29,045 nucleotides of DNA. Origin: Acidobacteriota bacterium (GTDB taxonomy: Bacteria; Acidobacteriota; Vicinamibacteria; Vicinamibacterales; JAKQTR01). This document shows, one piece after another, positions 17,821 to 26,354 of this stretch. The translations under genes and the position numbers were made by a program. Under the pieces are notes generated by a model. It worked only from the letters and a program-made list of their open reading frames with translations, was not told the origin of the DNA and ran no database searches. The stretch is taken from contig JAPKZP010000326.1 of assembly GCA_026393735.1 (NCBI GenBank), forward strand, positions 1 to 29,045, given 5' to 3'. The number at the start of each line of letters is the position of its first letter. Within the stretch, counting starts at the first letter, position 1.

Positions 17821-17844
17821 TGAAACCGTCCCCGTACCGTAACA
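17821..17844. promoter_or_regulatory. Operator-like palindrome copy C
   Basis: TGAAACCGT-CCCCGT-ACCGTAACA in the divergent MFS/iolB intergenic region. Confidence 0.75.
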
Positions 17845-17884
17845 CGTCCGCGAACCTCCGGCTTTCTGGCATGATCAGACGCCA

Positions 17885-18739
17885 ATGGACAAGCACCACG
17901 GCTTCCTGTTCAGGCCAGCGGCCATCCCGCCGAATCAGTCGGGCGTCCTGCTGTCGGTCACGCCCGAAGACGCCGAATGGGACACCACCGGGTTCTCTGT
18001 TCGGCGGCTGGTGGCTGGCGATGTCTGGACGGGGAACACCGGGTCTCACGAAGTCGCCCTCATCGTCCTCGGAGGCCGGCTGACGATCGACTGGGGCGAG
18101 GGCGCGCGGTCCATCGGGCGGCGTGCGCACGTCTTCGCCGGCTATCCCTCTGCCGTGTATCTCCCTTGCCGGACGTCATTCGAGGTGCGCGCCGAGACAC
18201 TCGTCGAGCTGGCCGAGGCTCGCGCGCCGTCGCGGATGACGCTGCGCCCCCGCGTCATCGCCCCGGCAGACGTCGAGTGTGAGATTCGCGGCGGCGGGAA
18301 CATGACGCGCCAGATCTCCCGCATCATCAAGCCCGAGCACGAAGCCGACAGGCTGATGATCAACGAGGTCTACACGCCGCCGGGCAACTGGTCGAGCTAT
18401 CCGCCGCACAAGCACGACACCCACAACCCGCCGGCCGAGCTCGCGATGGACGAGTTCTACTACTTCCGGACCGACCACCCCGACGGTTACGGGCTCCTGC
18501 GGCAGTACAACGCTGCGGGCACCGAGGACGACACGGTGACGATCCACGACGGCGACCTGGTGGCACTGCGGAAGGGCTACCACCTGGTAGCAGCCCCACC
18601 GGGCTACAGCGTCTACTACCTGGCCGTGCTCGCCGGCGTCACGCGGTCCATGGCGGCCAGCACCGACCCGCGGTACGTGCACCTGACGAAGAACCAGGGA
18701 CCGCCGGATCCGAGGGTGCCCCTGTTCGGCCGCGACTAG
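17885..18739 (+). CDS. iolB: 5-deoxy-glucuronate isomerase
   Basis: Motifs EVALIVLGG, RGGGNMTRQI, EVYTPPGNWSSYPPHKHD, EFYYF and GYH..AAPPGY..YYL, characteristic of IolB. Confidence 0.88.
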   Translation: MDKHHGFLFRPAAIPPNQSGVLLSVTPEDAEWDTTGFSVRRLVAGDVWTGNTGSHEVALIVLGGRLTIDWGEGARSIGRRAHVFAGYPSAVYLPCRTSFEVRAETLVELAEARAPSRMTLRPRVIAPADVECEIRGGGNMTRQISRIIKPEHEADRLMINEVYTPPGNWSSYPPHKHDTHNPPAELAMDEFYYFRTDHPDGYGLLRQYNAAGTEDDTVTIHDGDLVALRKGYHLVAAPPGYSVYYLAVLAGVTRSMAASTDPRYVHLTKNQGPPDPRVPLFGRD

Positions 18740-18740
18740 C

Positions 18741-18895
18741 GAGCAGACCGCGATTCGGGATCGTCGGATGCGGGTGGCCGAGGTGCTTCCCTTTTGCCCG
18801 CAGGCACATCACCGAAGCTCAGCCGAGGACGGAAGGGAACACCTCGGACAGGACCCGCGGCCGACGCACCGGCGACCCCGAATCGCGGTTTGCTT
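18741..18895 (+). ncRNA. Candidate structured RNA or palindromic element (long nested hairpin), family unknown
   Basis: Outer stem 18741-18759/18877-18895 has 19 bp including 2 G-U. It continues inward as TCGTCGG/CCGGCGA. Inner stems are CCGAGGTG/CACCTCGG and TTCCCTT/AAGGGAA, with an apical TGCC-CGCA-GGCA hairpin. Confidence 0.5.
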
Positions 18896-18932
18896 TCCAA
18901 CCCTGCCCTGCTCCGGGGCTCCCTGCTCAGCC

Positions 18933-18956
18933 GGCTACCGTGGCGACACGGTAACA
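18933..18956. promoter_or_regulatory. Operator-like palindrome copy D
   Basis: GGCTACCGT-GGCGAC-ACGGTAACA, about 100 bp upstream of the lipoprotein esterase. A -10-like CATAAT lies at 18984-18989. Confidence 0.7.
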
Positions 18957-19057
18957 TCCCCGTTTCCAAAGCCGTCGTGCACGCATAATCGCGCTCGTGC
19001 GGGGCTGCATGTCCGTGGTGGCCGTGCAGGCCCGCGTGGAAAGGCTGCGATCCATCC

Positions 19058-20698
19058 ATGGCGCGATTGACGCGACTTGTCGTGGCTATGCTGCTGGTCC
19101 TTCTCGTCGCCGGGGTCGGCGGTTGCAGGCGATCGGATCCACCGACACTGATTCAGACCGACAGCGGGATGGTGAATGGCCGCGTGCTCGACTCCGGCGT
19201 GAAGGCGTGGCTGGGCGTGCCGTTCGCGAAGCCGCCGGTTCGGGAGCTGCGGTGGAAAGAGGCGCAGCCGATCACGTGGAAGGGCGTGTACAACGCCGAT
19301 CGCAAGATGCCGGAATGCATCCAGGTGCTGCGCCCGCACAACATCAACCACTACTTCGGTGAGGAGGCAACCAGCGAAGACTGCCTCTACATGAACATCT
19401 GGTCCCCGGCGGGATCGGATGCGAACGCCAGGCTGCCCGTCATTGTGTTCATCTACGGCGGCGGCGGAACGCTCGGGTCGTCCGGGATGGCGAACTACGA
19501 TGGTGAACAGGTCGCGAAGCGCGGCGCCGTCTTTGTCAACTTCAACTACCGGGTCGGTGTGCTCGGGTTCATGGCGCATCCCGAACTGACCAAGGAGCAG
19601 GGAGGCCATTCGGGCAACTACGGCTACCTCGATCAGAGCGCGGCCTTGAAGTGGATTCAGCGCAACATCGCCGCGTTCGGCGGTGACCCGGCGAAGGTGA
19701 TCATCTCGGGCCAGTCGGCGGGCGCCGGGTCGGTCGCCCAGCAGATCTTCAGCCCGCGCTCCCGCGGCCTGTTCCGCGGCGCCGCGATGTTCAGCGCCTG
19801 CAACTACACCACGTCGAACACACCGCTCGCCGAGGCCGAGGCCACCGGCCTCGAGATTCAGAAGCAGTTGGAGGCGGCCAGCCTCGACGACATGCGCCAG
19901 ATTCCGGCCGATCGGATTCTGGCGATTCAGAACGAATTCCAGGTTGGACGAGCCGTCACCGGCGTTCGCACGAGCGGCGTCATCGACGGCTACTTCATGC
20001 CGGACACGAAAGAGGCGATCCTGAAGGCCGGCGGCGCCTCCGACGTGCCCATCATCGCCAGCTTCACGCACGACGAAGCGAACAGCCCCCTGAAGGCCGC
20101 CAAGACCGTCGCGGAGTACAAGGCTGCCGCAAAAGAGCTGTTCAAAGACGCCGCGGAGGAGTTCCTCACGCTCTACCCCGTCGCGTCGGACGCGGAGATT
20201 CCGGCGGTGGCCCAGGAGGCTGCCAACGACGGCGCTGGCCTGTTCAACTCGTGCGCATGCGCGAGCCTCCAGGCGCAGTACCACAAGTCGCCGGCCTTCC
20301 TCACCGTGTTCTCACGCAAGCACCCCTACGTGCCGGGCGTCAAGATCGCCGACCAGGATACCGCCACGATTGGCGCGTACCACACGTCCGAGGTGCCGTA
20401 CTACTTCGGCACGCAGGACGCGTACAACCTGTTCCGTCCAACACGGAACTGGACCCCGTGGGACCGGGAACTCTCGCAGAAGATGACGGCCGTGCTCGTG
20501 GCGTTCGCCAGGACGGGCAATCCGACAACGGCGGGTGTGCAGTGGCCGGCCTGGTCGGCTCAGGCTGAGCGCTACGTCAACTTCGGCGACACAATCGCCC
20601 TGGAAACCGTGAACCGCGCCCGGCTGGATTTCATGGCGAAACACCGGCCGGCACCGATGTCGCCGGGCGGCGCGCCGCGGAGATTCCAGCGCGACTGA
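19058..20698 (+). CDS. Type-B carboxylesterase, probable lipoprotein, full catalytic triad
   Basis: Lipobox-like VAGVGG-C; SEDCLYMNIW, FIYGGG, GQSAG (Ser), THDE (Glu) and GAYHTSE (His at 20381-20383). Confidence 0.92.
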   Translation: MARLTRLVVAMLLVLLVAGVGGCRRSDPPTLIQTDSGMVNGRVLDSGVKAWLGVPFAKPPVRELRWKEAQPITWKGVYNADRKMPECIQVLRPHNINHYFGEEATSEDCLYMNIWSPAGSDANARLPVIVFIYGGGGTLGSSGMANYDGEQVAKRGAVFVNFNYRVGVLGFMAHPELTKEQGGHSGNYGYLDQSAALKWIQRNIAAFGGDPAKVIISGQSAGAGSVAQQIFSPRSRGLFRGAAMFSACNYTTSNTPLAEAEATGLEIQKQLEAASLDDMRQIPADRILAIQNEFQVGRAVTGVRTSGVIDGYFMPDTKEAILKAGGASDVPIIASFTHDEANSPLKAAKTVAEYKAAAKELFKDAAEEFLTLYPVASDAEIPAVAQEAANDGAGLFNSCACASLQAQYHKSPAFLTVFSRKHPYVPGVKIADQDTATIGAYHTSEVPYYFGTQDAYNLFRPTRNWTPWDRELSQKMTAVLVAFARTGNPTTAGVQWPAWSAQAERYVNFGDTIALETVNRARLDFMAKHRPAPMSPGGAPRRFQRD

Positions 20699-20835
20699 GC
20701 GGGACCACGGCCGTCAACTGATGATCCTCGTTGCTCACTGCAGTACGAGACATTCGACCACATGGCGTTCAACGGAAAAGTGTTCGCCACGTTCGCGTCC
20801 GGGACGACGAAGTAGTCGGACCGAGGAGGATGAGC

Positions 20836-21984
20836 ATGCGATACGTTCGAGTCGGCGCCGGCATTGCGGTGGCGTTGTTCCTGGCCTTCGCGGTCAACGT
20901 GGGGACGCAGGGGCCAACAGGTGCACGCGAGGTGACGGTGAACCCGGACGGCAGCGTCTCGGTCAAGAACGCCGTCGTCCCGCTGCCCGCGATCATGAGC
21001 GAGGGCAGCAAGAAGGTCCTGATGCGCGCCACGGCCACGGAAGGGCCGGGGGCCCCCGTGCCGGTGCCGAGCGGCATCCCGGACATGGCCGAGGTTCGGC
21101 GCGTCTACAACGAGAACCTGAAGCCGGTCGTCGAACACATGAAGGCCGTGTTCCCGGTCGACATCGAGGAAACGACGATCGCGGGAATCTCAGCCGCAAT
21201 CATCACGCCCAAGGGCGGCGTGCCCGAGAAGAACAAGAACCGTCTGTTCCTCAACGGACCGGGCGGCGGGTTCCGCACGGGCGTACGGGGCAATGGGCTG
21301 CTGATCAGCATCCCGGTCGCCGCCACGCTCGGCGTGAAGGTGGTGACGATTACGTATCGCCAGGGGCCGGAGTACAAGTACCCGGCGGCCAGCGAGGACA
21401 TGCTGAAGGTGTGGGACTACTTCACCAAGACCTACAAGCCGGAGAACATCGGTATGGTCGGGTGTTCTGCCGGAGGCAGCCTCGTCACTCACACGACGGC
21501 GTTCCTCATCAAGCAGGGGCGGCCGACCCCGGGTGTGCTCGGGGTCTATTGCGCGGGGCTGGGTTCTACGGGATCGGGCGACTCCCAGTTCATGAGTGCC
21601 CTGTCGGTCACGAACGCGCCGCAGGGCATTACGCAGGTGGCGCCAACGCCACCGGCTGCCGCAGCCGCCGCTGCGGCCACACCGGCGCAGCCGCAGCCGT
21701 CGTACATGGATGGCGCGGACCGGAACGACTTCGGCGTCAACCCGACCGTGGACGAAAAGCTGCTGGCGAAGTGGCCGCCGACCATCTTTTTCACCGGCAG
21801 CCGCGACTTCGCGGCGAGCGGAGCCCGCTACAGCTACCGCAAGCTGATCAAGGTGGGGATCGACTCGCAGATCATGGACTTCGATGGGCTCTACCACGGC
21901 TTCATGACCAACCCTGACTTCCCCGAAGCTCAGGAAGGCTACAAGATCGCCGCGGCGTTTTACGACAGGCACCTCGGGAGGTAG
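20836..21984 (+). CDS. Exported alpha/beta hydrolase, HSL-like (Abhydrolase_3) esterase
   Basis: GAGGAGG RBS and signal peptide; NGPGGGF at the HGGG position; YRQGPEYKYPAASED, GCSAGG, GSRD and LYHGF. Confidence 0.85.
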   Translation: MRYVRVGAGIAVALFLAFAVNVGTQGPTGAREVTVNPDGSVSVKNAVVPLPAIMSEGSKKVLMRATATEGPGAPVPVPSGIPDMAEVRRVYNENLKPVVEHMKAVFPVDIEETTIAGISAAIITPKGGVPEKNKNRLFLNGPGGGFRTGVRGNGLLISIPVAATLGVKVVTITYRQGPEYKYPAASEDMLKVWDYFTKTYKPENIGMVGCSAGGSLVTHTTAFLIKQGRPTPGVLGVYCAGLGSTGSGDSQFMSALSVTNAPQGITQVAPTPPAAAAAAAATPAQPQPSYMDGADRNDFGVNPTVDEKLLAKWPPTIFFTGSRDFAASGARYSYRKLIKVGIDSQIMDFDGLYHGFMTNPDFPEAQEGYKIAAAFYDRHLGR

Positions 21985-21990
21985 GACGCA

Positions 21991-22019
21991 GGGTGGCGCC
22001 GCTCCCGGCGGCGCCACCC
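21991..22019. terminator. Hairpin between convergent genes, probable bidirectional terminator
   Basis: Perfect 12-bp stem GGGTGGCGCCGC/GCGGCGCCACCC with a 5-nt loop. U tracts are weak. Confidence 0.6.
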
Positions 22020-22067
22020 GCTACTCGGACGCGTCACGCGGACGCGCCGTGGTGCTCCTGCCCTGCC

Positions 22068-23903
22068 TCATTTCAGAGGCGCCTTCGGCAGCGCGAACGC
22101 CACGATCTTGGAACCGGATGGCGACGCCAGATAGCTGCCGCCGCCCGCCGCCGTCACGACGTACTGCCGGCCGTCCTTCCCCAGAAACGTGACCGGGACC
22201 GAGTGCGCGCTGGCCTCGAGGGTGGTTTCCCACAGCATCTTGCCGGTCTTCGACTCGAACGCGCGGAACCGTGCGTCATTGGTCGCGCCGATGAAGATCA
22301 GCCCGCCCGCGGTGGCGATCCCGCCTCCCAGGTTGAGCGCCCCCGTGTCGGGAACGCCCTTCGCCTTCAGGGACGCAATAAACCCGATGGGCACCTTCCA
22401 GGCGATGTCGCCGCGATTGACATCCACCGCCACCAGTTCACCGGAGGGCGGTACCTGGCAGGGAACCTTCGTATCCGGGTTCCAGAAACGGCCGACGGGC
22501 CCTCCAAATGGCGTGGTTCTGGCGTAGCTCGGCTTGCCGGTCTGCCGGTCGGGCCGCGGTTCCATCCGGGCGACCTGGCCGAGGTTCATCACGTTGGTGA
22601 ACACCAGCCCGAGAGACGCGTCGTAGGCGATGCCGTTCCAGTTCCCCCCGCCGATCGTGCTGGGGAATGTCAGCATCGTCCCCTCGGTGCCGGCTGGCGT
22701 ATACGGCCCCTTGGTGAACATCCCGTTCTTGTCCCACAGCTCCTTGCAGTAGGCGGTCTGCTCGGGCGTGAGGGTGCCGAAGTCCTTCGCCGGGTCGAAG
22801 TCGATCCGTCCGAGCGGCGCAGGCTTGAGCGGGAACGGCTGCGTCGGCGATGACGCCTCGCCTGGGACCGTGCTCTGCGGGACGGGCCGTTCCTCCATGC
22901 CGAACACGGGCTCGCCGGTGACGCGGTCGAAGATGAACAGCTGCGCCATCTTCGTCACGACAGCCACGGCAGGTATGGTCTTGCCGCCGCGTCTCACGTC
23001 GATGAGTGTGGGCGCCGCGGGAAGGTCGTAGTCCCAGAGATCGTGGTGAACCAGTTGCTGGTACCACTTCAGCTTGCCGGTCATGGCGTCCAGGGCGACG
23101 ACCGAGTTCCCGAAGAGGCCAGCGCCCTTGCGATCCCCGCCGTAGTAGTCCGAGGTCGGCGATCCGATCGGCGCAAACACGAGACCCCGGGCCTCGTCGA
23201 TCGTGAAGTACGACCACATGTTGGTGCCGGACCGGTTCTTCCAGCTGTCACCTTCCCAGGTCTCGATGCCGGGCTCTCCGGGCCTGGGCACCGTGTGGAA
23301 CGACCAGAGGAGCTTGCCCGTGCGCACGTCCCAGCCGCGGATGTCGCCGTAGAGGCCGTAGCTGGGCGCCTGTTCGCCGTTGTTGCCGCCGGTGATGATG
23401 AGGCCCTTGTAGATCGCCGGGGGCGAGAAGAGCCCGATCCGCCCGTCCACATCACCTCGGATGCCCTGGGTCAGGTCGACGGCGCCGTTCTCGCCGAAAC
23501 CCGCGGCCGGCGTGCCGGTCTTCGCGTCGAGTGCCAGCATCTGTGGGCCGGTGCCGAAGATCACTCGGGCAGGTGTCGTCGCATCTCCGGCCCAGTACGC
23601 CACGCCGCGGCGGCTGACGGGGGCCGGCGCGGTGAACGCCCATACGACCGCGCCGGTCTCGGGCTCGAGCGCCATCACCTTCGCGCCGGCGGTGACGTAC
23701 ATGGCCCCGCCGACGACGATGGGCGTCACCTCCAGGCCGGTGGCGCCGGTGTCGATCGTCCAGGCAACCTGCAGGGTCGCGACGTTTGCCGGCGTGATCT
23801 GCTTCAGGGGCGAAAAACGCTGGCCGCCCAGGTCATGGTCGGGATGCACCCAGTCACCAGGACCTTGAGCGGCCAATGTCGAAGCCGCCAGCCAGCCGGC
23901 CAC
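22068..23903 (-). CDS. PQQ-dependent dehydrogenase (glucose/quinate family, no membrane anchor, no cytochrome domain)
   Basis: RFSPLKQITPANV..L.VAW, EVTPIVV, RRGVAYW, GDIRGWDVRTGKLLWSFH, HHDLWDYDLPA, GG.NW.G, LNLGG.IATAGGL.FIG and GRQYV. Confidence 0.92.
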   Translation of the reverse strand: MAGWLAASTLAAQGPGDWVHPDHDLGGQRFSPLKQITPANVATLQVAWTIDTGATGLEVTPIVVGGAMYVTAGAKVMALEPETGAVVWAFTAPAPVSRRGVAYWAGDATTPARVIFGTGPQMLALDAKTGTPAAGFGENGAVDLTQGIRGDVDGRIGLFSPPAIYKGLIITGGNNGEQAPSYGLYGDIRGWDVRTGKLLWSFHTVPRPGEPGIETWEGDSWKNRSGTNMWSYFTIDEARGLVFAPIGSPTSDYYGGDRKGAGLFGNSVVALDAMTGKLKWYQQLVHHDLWDYDLPAAPTLIDVRRGGKTIPAVAVVTKMAQLFIFDRVTGEPVFGMEERPVPQSTVPGEASSPTQPFPLKPAPLGRIDFDPAKDFGTLTPEQTAYCKELWDKNGMFTKGPYTPAGTEGTMLTFPSTIGGGNWNGIAYDASLGLVFTNVMNLGQVARMEPRPDRQTGKPSYARTTPFGGPVGRFWNPDTKVPCQVPPSGELVAVDVNRGDIAWKVPIGFIASLKAKGVPDTGALNLGGGIATAGGLIFIGATNDARFRAFESKTGKMLWETTLEASAHSVPVTFLGKDGRQYVVTAAGGGSYLASPSGSKIVAFALPKAPLK

Positions 23904-23910
23904 TGTTGTC

Positions 23911-24924
23911 CTACTTCACCGCCGCCGGCGCCACGGGCGCGGCGGGCTTTGGCCGCGGCGTCGCATCAGCCTGTGTCATCCCGAGGACCCACTTGATCGC
24001 CTCGAGATACATGTGCTGGACGTCCACGCGGTCCCAGATGGCGGAGTCGTGCCCCATTCCCGAGACGAAGACGCGGCCCTTGCCGTGGTTGCGGACCCAC
24101 GCCTGCGGCATGTCGTTGGCGCCCCGATGGACGTTCGGGTTCGCCATGTCGAACTTGCTGGTATCGAGATTCATCAGTACGCGTGAACTCTCCCAGGAGA
24201 AGTCCTTGACCTGGATGAACTCGTCTCTGAAGGTGAAGACTGGCGGAAATTCCTTCATCCCGGGGAAGTTCTCATCGAGGACGACGACCGGTCCCTCGAC
24301 GCTGCCCCAGGGGTGTCCGTCGTACCTGGCGCCGATCATCTCCCCGAACTCCGGGAACCGCGCGAACGCGTTGAATGACGTGTGCGCCGACACGAAGCCC
24401 TTCCCGTCGTCCTTCACGAAGGAGACGAGGTCGGTCATCTGCTGCTGCGTCAGCGGAATCTCACGCTGGCCGTAGAAGAAGATGGCGTCGAACGAGTCGA
24501 GGTTCTTGCCGACCGGCCAGTCGCGGCCGTCGGCGTTGACCGTGAGCTTCTGCTTGGTGATGAACTGTGGATCCGTCCGGATGTACGCGTCATAGAGGCC
24601 GGACTCGCGGCCGATCCGGTAGATGGTGGCCAGCGCGTTGTTGACGGACTCGTGGTAGGCCCCACCGCCCGTGAACTCGCCCCAGAGGAGCACCTGCTTC
24701 CGAACGACGCGCGGCGCCCCGCCGCGGCCGCCGGCTCCCCGCTGTGGCCCGGCTCCGGGCGGCCCCTGGGGCGGCGCGCCCTGGGGTGACGCCGTCGGCG
24801 GGCCCTGCGGTGGCCCCGCCGGTGGCGGCCCCTGTGACAACACAACGGCGGCTCCGAGCACGGCGCACACGGCGACGGCGAGGATGAAACGCATCCCATG
24901 GGACTGCTGACCGAAAAGCTTCAT
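23911..24924 (-). CDS. Exported ThuA-domain protein (class I glutamine amidotransferase-like fold)
   Basis: Signal peptide and Pro/Gln/Gly linker; YHES, LDSFDAIFF, GKGFVSAH, EMIGARYDGHPW, FRDE, W.R..GKGRVF...MGHD...W. Confidence 0.85.
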   Translation of the reverse strand: MKLFGQQSHGMRFILAVAVCAVLGAAVVLSQGPPPAGPPQGPPTASPQGAPPQGPPGAGPQRGAGGRGGAPRVVRKQVLLWGEFTGGGAYHESVNNALATIYRIGRESGLYDAYIRTDPQFITKQKLTVNADGRDWPVGKNLDSFDAIFFYGQREIPLTQQQMTDLVSFVKDDGKGFVSAHTSFNAFARFPEFGEMIGARYDGHPWGSVEGPVVVLDENFPGMKEFPPVFTFRDEFIQVKDFSWESSRVLMNLDTSKFDMANPNVHRGANDMPQAWVRNHGKGRVFVSGMGHDSAIWDRVDVQHMYLEAIKWVLGMTQADATPRPKPAAPVAPAAVK

Positions 24925-24940
24925 GTTGCCCTTCCCTCCA

Positions 24941-24980
24941 GAATAAACGAACCCGCCCCTGGTCACCAGGGGCGGGTTCG
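24941..24980 (-). terminator. Intrinsic terminator downstream of the Oar-like TonB transporter
   Basis: Perfect 16-bp inverted repeat 24948-24963/24965-24980, followed on the minus strand by TTTATTC. Confidence 0.8.
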
Positions 24981-25017
24981 GGGGACTGACACGAACGATT
25001 GAGACGGACGAGCTACG

Positions 25018-26354
25018 TCAGAAGGCGAACTTCACGGCCAGCTGCATGATGCGCGGGTCCTGGGCCGACAGGATCTTGCCGAAGTTGGCGTTGTTGAGCG
25101 CCGTCGTGGGCGCGTTGAGGTTCACCCAGTTGACGACGTTGAAGACTTCCCAGCGGATCTGCAGGGCGCGAGCCGCCCCCATCTTGAAGGTCCGCGAGAT
25201 GGCCAGGTCGTTCGTGAACCGCGAGGGATTCACGATGGTGTTCGGAAGCAGCGTGCTGAGCGTTCCCGCGGCCGGCTGTGTGAAGGACGCCGGATTGAGA
25301 TAGAAGCCCGCCGTGCCGTCGCCGTACGGATCGGCACCGGATACCTGGACGGCCCTCTGGCCGCCGACGCCTGTCAGTGCGACGTCAGGGCCGGCCGTCA
25401 CGGTCGCCCGGTTGCCGCTCTGCCACCGGACGATCGGCGCGATCTGCCAGTAACTGATGATCGCCCCGAAAGCGCCCTGCACCTTCGGGCTCGTCGCGAT
25501 CATGGAGAGGTTGAACACGTGGCGGCGGTCCGAGTCGCAGTACGCGTAGTCCGCGCCCGGATTGTTCGGGTCGACGGTAGTCGGGCCCGTCAGCTCGGTG
25601 GTGGCGGGGTCGGCCATGCACTTCGACAGCGTCCAGTTCCCCATCACGCTCCAGCCGTCCTTCAGACGCCGCTGTGCCGTCAGGAGCATGCCGGCGTAGT
25701 TGGCGCGGCCCGTGTCAACCAGTTGCCCGATGGTGCCGTAGTACTGCCCGACGGCCTGGTTCTTCAGGTAGAGCGTCCGGCGCTGGTTCGTGTTGCCCGT
25801 GGTTGCGCCGGCCATGTAGACGGCGGGATTCAGCTCGACGCCGATCCACAAGTGGCTCGTGTGGTTGCCGAGGTAGCTGCCGCCGAAGAGCCAGTCGCCG
25901 AACTGGCGCTGGACGCTGATGTTCCACTGATGCAGGACCGTGTTCTTGGTGTCGAGCGGCGCGTTCACGTAGACGCCGAACGCCGGGAACGGCTGCGTTG
26001 CCCACCCCGTCTCGAGTGCCGGCCACGGGTTGCCGCCCGGGTAGCCCGTCCAGGGATCGGTCAGCCCATTGATGGCGGTGTTGGCGACGCTGACCTGGGC
26101 GCCCCACGGCGGGTTGTTCGCCCAGCGCGTGTTGAAGAACAGGTGCGGCGTGTCGTAGAACATGCCGTACGCGGCCCTCACGCTCATCTTGCCGTCGGTC
26201 CCCGGGGACCAGATCATGCCCATGCGAGGCGCGAACTGCGTCCACTGGCTGTTCATGACCTGCTTGCCCGGCATGCCGGTGTCGCCGGCGAACAGCAGGC
26301 CCGCAGGCGCCTGCGGATACTCCGTGCTCTTCACGCCTGCGTCGAACCGGGCGG
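25018..26354 (-). pseudogene. 3' part of Oar-like TonB-dependent transporter (second frame)
   Basis: ARFDAGVKS..YPQAPAGLLF.GD, FAPRMG..W, R.AYG.FYD, SDRRH.F, WEVFNVVNWVN and a terminal aromatic residue (QLAVKFAF). Confidence 0.85.

Noticed and set aside
18741-18895. SRP RNA, tRNA or a known riboswitch
   Set aside because: I found no SRP helix-8 motif, cloverleaf or recognisable aptamer consensus on either strand. 6S is left open but unsupported by sequence motifs.
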